From Patescibacteria group bacterium (GTDB lineage: Bacteria; Patescibacteriota; Patescibacteriia; Buchananbacterales; UBA6539): a stretch of 64,000 nucleotides of DNA. Position numbers and translations under genes: made by a program. Under the pieces are notes generated by a model, which saw only the letters and a list, made by a program, of their open reading frames with translations, did not search any database and was not told the DNA's origin. Shown here piece by piece: positions 58,339-64,000 of this stretch; the first letter of the stretch is position 1, and the number at the start of each line of letters is the position of its first letter. The stretch lies in contig JAQTYZ010000002.1 in assembly GCA_028688055.1 (NCBI GenBank), positions 68,256 through 132,255 of the forward strand. Direction: 5' to 3'.

Positions 58339-58917
58339 TCAACCCTCTAAATTAAGCTCTTTTTCGATCAGCGACTTTACTTTTTCAATCGTTTCTTTAA
58401 TTTTGCCCTCATCGTTGATAACCACGTGGTCATACCTCTTGGCCAGTGACAGTTCCTTTTTAGCATTAGCGAGCCGTAACGCTAAAATCGCTTCAGGCAT
58501 TTTTTCTCTTTTTTTAATATGTTTAACCAAATCGATAAATGATTTTGTTTTGAGAAAAATCAAAATCGTTTCCCTGGGCATTTTTTCTTTTATTTGTAAG
58601 GCGCCTTGAACGTCGATGTTCATTAGTAGGCTTCCTTTTTGTAGCTCTTGTGAAACCACCGCCGAGTCCGTGCCGTAGAAATTATTGTGAACAATGGCCC
58701 ATTCTAAAAATTCGCCGTTGTCGATTTTATTGCGAAATTCTTGTTCGGAGACGTGAATAATTGTCTTGTCTTCTTTCTTGCCCAGCCGCATTGTGCGCGT
58801 AGTGTAAGTCACGGTGGTTTTTAAAAAAGGCAATTTTTTTAGAATGCCTTTAGCAACCGTGGTTTTGCCAACGCCGGACGGGCCGGAAATAATGAAAATT
58901 TTATGATCTTTTTTCAT
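58339..58917 (-). CDS. gmk: Guanylate kinase
   Basis: ISGPSGVGKTT...TTR..R..E..G..Y.F...EF...NFYGT pattern. Confidence 0.75.
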   Translation of the reverse strand: MKKDHKIFIISGPSGVGKTTVAKGILKKLPFLKTTVTYTTRTMRLGKKEDKTIIHVSEQEFRNKIDNGEFLEWAIVHNNFYGTDSAVVSQELQKGSLLMNIDVQGALQIKEKMPRETILIFLKTKSFIDLVKHIKKREKMPEAILALRLANAKKELSLAKRYDHVVINDEGKIKETIEKVKSLIEKELNLEG

Positions 58918-59863
58918 TTAAAAAATCGTTTAAAATTTTTGGCAGGGGAGCGGTAAACTCTTGCCAATTATTAGTTAAGTCGTTAAAGCCAATTTTTTGC
59001 GAGTGCAGAAAAATGCGGCCCGGATCAACCACTTTAATCCGCCGCCGTAAAAAATTAAAAATTTCTCTTTTGGGTTTATAAATTTGGTCACCTAAAATTG
59101 GGTGGCCAATTGCCGAAAGATGAGCTCGAATTTGATGAGTCCGGCCGGTTAAAATAGTGACCTCCAGCAAGCTGTAATCTTTTAAGTATTCTAATACTTT
59201 ATATTTGGTTTTGGCAACCTTATCTTTGGCGTCCAATTTAAGTTGATGGCGCCAGGGGTGGGCGACAAATTGTCCATCCTTATTACGACCAATTGGCAAA
59301 TCGATTTCGCCTTGGGTTTGTGGTAGCCGGCCATAGACTAAAGCCAGGTATTCTTTTTTAACTTGCCGATCCTTAAATTGTTTTTTTAAATGATCGTAGG
59401 CCGCTTGATTTTTGGCAATCGCCATTACCCCTGAGACATCTCGATCCAGCCGATGAATGATGCCATCCCGATTTTTTTCTTCACCAACGCCGGCAATCTC
59501 CGGATATTTTTTTAACAGCCAACTGACCAAGGTATTTTTTTCAGCTTGGTTAGTGGCGTGAACCAGTAAGCCGGCCGGTTTTTCAACAATTAAAAAATCT
59601 ATTTCGTCGGCAATTATTTTTGGCTCTAACATTACCGTCGGGCGCGCTTTTACTATGGGCGGTTCGATTTTTGTCACTTCGACAAAGGATATCTCGTCGT
59701 CAATTCTTAAGAAACGATGAACGTTAACGGTTTTACCGTTAACTAAAACCCCGCCATTTTTAATCAACTTTTGGATTTGCGAGCGGGTTTGGTTTTTTAA
59801 TTTTTCCGTCAGGAATTTATCTAAACGATCGCCATTATTAGCCTCCGCGATTTTGTAGTTCAT
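58901..59863 (-). CDS. RluA-family 23S rRNA pseudouridine synthase (RluD-like) with an N-terminal S4 domain
   Basis: HRLDRDVSGVMAIAKNQ catalytic-Asp motif. S4-like N-terminus RLDKFL. Confidence 0.7.
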   Translation of the reverse strand: MNYKIAEANNGDRLDKFLTEKLKNQTRSQIQKLIKNGGVLVNGKTVNVHRFLRIDDEISFVEVTKIEPPIVKARPTVMLEPKIIADEIDFLIVEKPAGLLVHATNQAEKNTLVSWLLKKYPEIAGVGEEKNRDGIIHRLDRDVSGVMAIAKNQAAYDHLKKQFKDRQVKKEYLALVYGRLPQTQGEIDLPIGRNKDGQFVAHPWRHQLKLDAKDKVAKTKYKVLEYLKDYSLLEVTILTGRTHQIRAHLSAIGHPILGDQIYKPKREIFNFLRRRIKVVDPGRIFLHSQKIGFNDLTNNWQEFTAPLPKILNDFLNEKRS

Positions 59864-61350
59864 AGATTTTTTTTCAGGTAGTTTAAGGCCTCGGTCTTGT
59901 TCTTAAGTTTGCCATTTAATTGGGCTTCGCGGGCCAGCTTGAGTAGCCAGCCGATTTTTGGCCCGGATTTCAAGCCTAATTTTTTTATTAGGTCATTGCC
60001 GTCGACTAATGGTTCTTGGATAACCCTTTTGCCGGCAACAACTTTGCTCAAACTGTTAATTTGTTTTTTTAGCTTTCGATATTGAGTATAATCGGGTTTG
60101 CCGTTTAACCTAAGGGCCGAGGAAACATCGGCAAACATAACCATTAGTAATTCTTTGCCCGGAAAAAGGGTATTGTAGAAATATTTTTCAACGGTTGTAT
60201 TTTTCAGATCATTTCTTTTTAGACTGGACAAGATCATGTGCTTGGCAATGACCTGTTCGGTTCGGTCGATATCCACTCCGGCTGACGCGATTTTTAATTT
60301 TTCAGCCGTTCGGCGAAACAATTTGGCGGATGCAATATCATGACCGTGAAAATGTATCCGATCGGTCTTAATCATTGTTTGTGGTTTGGCGGCGTCGTGG
60401 AATAAAGCGCCCCAAAACACTGTGGGATTAGGCCTTTCATTTCCAAATTCTTTTTTAAAACGCTGATTGTTAAGATTATTTAAAACCAGCATATTATGCG
60501 TCCAGACGTCACCCTCACTGTGCCACTCTTGGGGCTGGGGGCATTTTTTCATTTTTAGTAATTCCGGTATGAGGATTTTTAACGCGCCACAATCGTCCAA
60601 TAATTCAACGGCTTTGACTGGCGCGGCGACTAGCGCTTTAGTTAATTCTTTGGCAATGACTTCATACGGGACAATTTGTTCCCCGTTGATTTTTTTTGTT
60701 AGGCCGTTGATTTTTTGTTTGATCACTGACCAAGTTTTTGGTTCAATGGCAAAATCGAGTTGGCAGGCAAAACGAATGGCGCGCAACATCCGTGAGTAAT
60801 CTTCTTGAAATCGGAGTTCCGGTTTCCCCACCGCGCGAATTTTTTTGGCTTTTAAATCCGCTAAGCCGTCGAACGGATCGATTAATTTATTTTGTTTAAT
60901 ATTCCAAGCCAGTGCATTAACGGTAAAATCGCGGCGACTTAAATCGTCTTCAATTTTAATTTTTTTATCACTGGTGATTTTAAAATCACGATAGCGTCCT
61001 GACCAATTCAATGAATGCTCGGTGCGCGGGAGCGCAATATCAAGATCGTTTCCCTGCCAACCCTTGGGCTTGAATTTCAGCACGCCGAATTTTTTTCCGA
61101 CCAAGCTAACCCGTCCGATTTTTTTTAATTTTTCTTCCAGCTTTTTGATGCTGACGTTTCTGACCACCAGATCAAAGTCGGCCGTCGGTCGCCCGATGAT
61201 AATGTCACGCACCGCCCCGCCCACTAAAAAAATTTCAGCCTCGCCGAGATTCCGGCTTAGCTGTTTAACAAAGGGCTGATTGCCCCAGGCGACTAAGGTT
61301 TGATGCCATTTTTCCATACTTTCATAGTACCATATTAAATTGACAGTCAA
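59860..61350 (-). CDS. cca: CCA-adding tRNA nucleotidyltransferase / poly(A)-polymerase family, with an HD domain
   Basis: LVGGAVRDIIIGRPTADFDLVV polymerase-beta motif, followed by an HD-like region. Confidence 0.65.
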   Translation of the reverse strand: MTVNLIWYYESMEKWHQTLVAWGNQPFVKQLSRNLGEAEIFLVGGAVRDIIIGRPTADFDLVVRNVSIKKLEEKLKKIGRVSLVGKKFGVLKFKPKGWQGNDLDIALPRTEHSLNWSGRYRDFKITSDKKIKIEDDLSRRDFTVNALAWNIKQNKLIDPFDGLADLKAKKIRAVGKPELRFQEDYSRMLRAIRFACQLDFAIEPKTWSVIKQKINGLTKKINGEQIVPYEVIAKELTKALVAAPVKAVELLDDCGALKILIPELLKMKKCPQPQEWHSEGDVWTHNMLVLNNLNNQRFKKEFGNERPNPTVFWGALFHDAAKPQTMIKTDRIHFHGHDIASAKLFRRTAEKLKIASAGVDIDRTEQVIAKHMILSSLKRNDLKNTTVEKYFYNTLFPGKELLMVMFADVSSALRLNGKPDYTQYRKLKKQINSLSKVVAGKRVIQEPLVDGNDLIKKLGLKSGPKIGWLLKLAREAQLNGKLKNKTEALNYLKKNL

Positions 61351-61580
61351 AAGATAAAAGGTTAACCTGTGGGCAGGAAAAAATGGAGGGCTCCGTCATG
61401 AGTAGAAGTGCCGGTTGTAACCGCCGCGGTGAAAAAGGCGACAAGCGTCGTCCCTACCGTGTTGGTGGCAAGGGTAAGTCCGGAAAGGGTGGCCACAAAA
61501 GGAAAACGGCCGCTCAGGGTAAGGGCGGCCAGGTCGGGAAAAACCATGGCAAGCCAAGCTAACTTAGGAGGACGCTGACG

Positions 61581-62255
61581 ATGAATCGTCCGAAAAATCG
61601 CAAGCCAAGAATTTTGGTTTTGGCCAGCGGTGGTGGTTCTGGCTTTGAAAAGTTGGTGACCGAATCGCGTCTTCGCAACGGTGACTTGGACGCTGACATT
61701 GTCGGCGTCGCCTGCAATGTTCCCAAAGCCGGTGTATGCCAGCGCGCTGATCGTTTGCAAGTGTCGTTGGCCTTGCTGCCGTCGATTCCGTCAACGTCGG
61801 ATTACGAGGCGTTGGTTGAAGAATTCAAGCCGGATTTAGTGGCCTGCTCCGGTTACCTGCGTCTAATTTCAGGCATTGCGCCTGAGATGATGATCAACAT
61901 TCATCCGGCACTACTGCCTAGATTCGGCGGTCAAGGGATGCATGGCCATTACGCTCACGCGGCCGTTATCAACGCTGCCGCGGCTGATCCGAGCATTAAA
62001 CACTCGGGCGTGTCAATGCATTTTGTTGATGAGGCGTACGACCATGGTCAATTGTTCTGCCGGTTCTTGGTTGGAATTTTGGAGGGCGATGATGCCGACA
62101 GTCTCGGACTGCGCGTCAATCAGCGCGAGCATCTGATTCAGCCATTTCTGACCAATTTGGTGGCCCACGGTCACATTCGGCTGTCACCAACCGGACGAGT
62201 TATCGTGCCTAGCTGGTACAAGCTCACGCCGTTTTGTCCGATCGAATTGGTCTAA
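61581..62255 (+). CDS. Formyltransferase (PurN / GAR transformylase-like), GC-rich
   Basis: ILVLASGGGSGFE...INIHPALLPRFGG.. with the His-Asp catalytic region. Confidence 0.55.
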   Translation: MNRPKNRKPRILVLASGGGSGFEKLVTESRLRNGDLDADIVGVACNVPKAGVCQRADRLQVSLALLPSIPSTSDYEALVEEFKPDLVACSGYLRLISGIAPEMMINIHPALLPRFGGQGMHGHYAHAAVINAAAADPSIKHSGVSMHFVDEAYDHGQLFCRFLVGILEGDDADSLGLRVNQREHLIQPFLTNLVAHGHIRLSPTGRVIVPSWYKLTPFCPIELV

Positions 62256-62578
62256 CCATGCAACGCGATCAGATGTTGCCACCACCAAATGTTACAGTCG
62301 GTGAAGTGTACTGGTATGACCGTCGGCTTACGGCTAGGACCACTCAGCGCGTCTTGGTTCATCTTGAGTTAATTGATGGCTATGGCGGTTACGGAGAAAT
62401 GATTTGCCCGGACGGCGAAACCATTTCCGGCGGAGTTTATCTGCCGAGTTTACTGCTCAACGTACCGGTCGAAGTCCAGGACTTAAAACGCTTTACCGTT
62501 CTCGCGGTTAAGCGTTTGTCTCAGCACCTTCAAGAGAAGTTTGCATTACGCGGTCAGAAGCTTGCGAAAGCGATTTGA
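62234..62578 (+). CDS. Hypothetical protein (GC-rich)
   Basis: 114-aa ORF with 22-bp overlap with the upstream gene. No recognisable motif. Confidence 0.3.
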   Translation: MSDRIGLTMQRDQMLPPPNVTVGEVYWYDRRLTARTTQRVLVHLELIDGYGGYGEMICPDGETISGGVYLPSLLLNVPVEVQDLKRFTVLAVKRLSQHLQEKFALRGQKLAKAI

Positions 62579-62706
62579 ATGACTTTTCCAAAGCTGGAAA
62601 ATGTCATTCAAGCTAAAGGCGATGACCGCCTTTTTTTATTTAAAAAAACAAGCGCGGCGGAGATCCAACGCGCTTGGCGATTTTAGGAACAATTCTTGAG
62701 AATGAA

Positions 62707-63834
62707 TTAAAGAGCGGTGCCGACTGCTTCGGAAACGTGATGGAATCCGTCGCGCCGCAGTAAGAACGCGAGCCGCTTGAGCGCGCGCTTCACAAAATCC
62801 GGCCCTTCAAACGGCCAGGCGGTCAAGGCTTGAACCAGATCAGCACCGAGCGTGATTCGCTCGTACAGATCATCGCCCGAGGCAACGCCACCAACGCCAA
62901 TCAGCGGAATTTCGCCTTTCAGTTCTCGGCGTAGAAATACCAAGACTTCTTTGGCGCGCTCTTTCAACGGTTGGCCGCTAACGCCGCCGCGATCAGCTGG
63001 GATATCCCAACCGTCGCAGCCCTCACGGTTGGTGGTGGTGTTAGTAGCGATAATGAACGCTACTTTATGCTTGCGGCAGACGCTGACAATGTCAGCAATG
63101 GTTTCATCGGTTTCATTCGGCGACAGTTTGATGCCAAGTGGCCTTGGGGTAAACATATTTTTCGCCGCCGTCATGACATTAGCCTGCATGCAGGCTGACA
63201 ATAAGTTGTTGAAAGCATCTAGCTGTTGGAGCTGACGTAGGCCGACGGTGTTGGGCGATGAAACATTGATGGCGAGATAATCAGCCTCCTCCGCTAGCGT
63301 TTCAATGCTGTAGACGTAGTCTTGAGCTGCTTGAGTAATCGGCGTTTTAGCGCTCTTGCCCAAGCTGACGCCGACTACAGATCCTGAGCGGACCGGCGGG
63401 TTGGTGGCCATCGTCAGTGCCGCCTGGCCCGCGCCGGGATTATTGAAACCCATGGCGTTATAGATGGCACGATGCTTAAGTGACCGTAACATTCGTGGTC
63501 GGGGATTACCGGGTTGGTCAAGCATCGTGATGGTGCCGACTTCGGTAAAGCCCCAGCCGCAGAGCGGGACTCCACCCCAATAAACTTGGCAGTACTTGTC
63601 ATAGCCGGCGGCCAAGCCAAACGGATTGGTGAACTTTAATCCAAATACGGTGGTTTCGAAAATTGGATCCGCATGGACAAGGAATCGCTCGGCTAAAGCT
63701 GAAGCGATTCGACTGGATTGTAGTCTCTCCAGTTGTTTTAGCCCCCACAAGTGGGCGATTTCGGCATCATTGACGCTGGCGGCAAAAATCCGCGGTCGCA
63801 CTAAGCCCTTATAGATTCTTTCGATTATTGTCAT
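62707..63834 (-). CDS. pyrD: Dihydroorotate dehydrogenase (class 2 / quinone-type)
   Basis: NVSSPNTVGLRQLQ...LIGVGGVASGDDLYERITLGADLVQ. Start moved to the ATG at 63834 (MTIIERIYKGL). Confidence 0.7.
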   Translation of the reverse strand: MTIIERIYKGLVRPRIFAASVNDAEIAHLWGLKQLERLQSSRIASALAERFLVHADPIFETTVFGLKFTNPFGLAAGYDKYCQVYWGGVPLCGWGFTEVGTITMLDQPGNPRPRMLRSLKHRAIYNAMGFNNPGAGQAALTMATNPPVRSGSVVGVSLGKSAKTPITQAAQDYVYSIETLAEEADYLAINVSSPNTVGLRQLQQLDAFNNLLSACMQANVMTAAKNMFTPRPLGIKLSPNETDETIADIVSVCRKHKVAFIIATNTTTNREGCDGWDIPADRGGVSGQPLKERAKEVLVFLRRELKGEIPLIGVGGVASGDDLYERITLGADLVQALTAWPFEGPDFVKRALKRLAFLLRRDGFHHVSEAVGTAL

Positions 63835-63990
63835 TTTGTTCGTTCCTCCGTTGTCAAATAACCGAGTCAATATTATCAAACTTAATTTGATGTGTAAATA
63901 AAGAAAAAAATAATAAATTGTTTTGCCCTTCAAGGAAGTGAAGGATTTTTTTTATTTTCGGAAAGAAGATTCTTGTTAGCTTAAAATCGG

Positions 63991-64000
63991 TTGACAAAAA
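63991..64000 (+). promoter_or_regulatory. Start (TTGACAAAAA) of a third copy of the duplicated promoter module, cut by the window end
   Basis: Matches the first 10 nt of the module at 16171 and 19877. Confidence 0.3.

Noticed and set aside
61362-61794. Minus-strand ORFs 61362-61760 and 61564-61794, antisense to the formyltransferase gene
   Set aside because: They have Arg/Ala/Thr-rich low-complexity translation typical of antisense GC-rich coding DNA. The plus-strand gene has clear formyltransferase motifs.

Overview
This 64-kb window looks like a piece of a small, low-GC, gene-dense bacterial genome, probably Patescibacteria/CPR-like. The lineage call is inference from content: an unlinked 23S-5S rRNA unit with no 16S, an expanded family of small TrbC/VirB2-like pilin proteins, lamin-tail-domain and PKD surface proteins, and few biosynthetic genes.

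Left third (1-16 kb): eight tandem paralogous pilin-like genes sit in one operon-like block with galU and a solute-binding-protein gene. They are followed by tRNA-Ser, a P-loop NTPase, a SET-domain protein, two secreted giant proteins and an envelope cluster (VanX-like dipeptidase, O-antigen-ligase-like protein, HD protein, flippase).

Middle (16-38 kb): ruvB, the guaB-like gene and guaA, a Dus tRNA-dihydrouridine synthase, a peroxiredoxin, an orphan CheW, a lamin-tail-domain surface protein, three tRNAs, and a 23S-5S rRNA unit driven by a textbook sigma70 promoter.

Right third (41-64 kb): a mosaic amino-sugar/nucleotide-sugar cluster (nagB, an RHH-nucleotidyltransferase fusion, two GlmU-N-terminal-like paralogs of different GC content, HAD, PfkB kinase, PHP and EEP phosphoesterases, a TrmB regulator, an EndoQ-like nuclease). 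Then come a tRNA-Ala/Val/Leu cluster, rplS-gmk-rluD-cca, and GC-rich purN-like and pyrD genes.

The features most worth a second look are:
- an array of single-gene cassettes downstream of tRNA-Ala, each preceded by a degenerate copy of the tRNA-Ala 3' end plus a conserved leader;
- a dispersed palindromic repeat family (terminal TGTCAT...ATGACA) that sits in promoters and terminators and extends several ORFs in-frame;
- a functional tRNA-Leu(TAG) nested inside pseudo-tRNA remnants, and a tRNA-Gly with an upstream decayed duplicate;
- an exactly duplicated 38-nt promoter module;
- the tandem pilin expansion.

No CRISPR array, integrase or transposase was seen.
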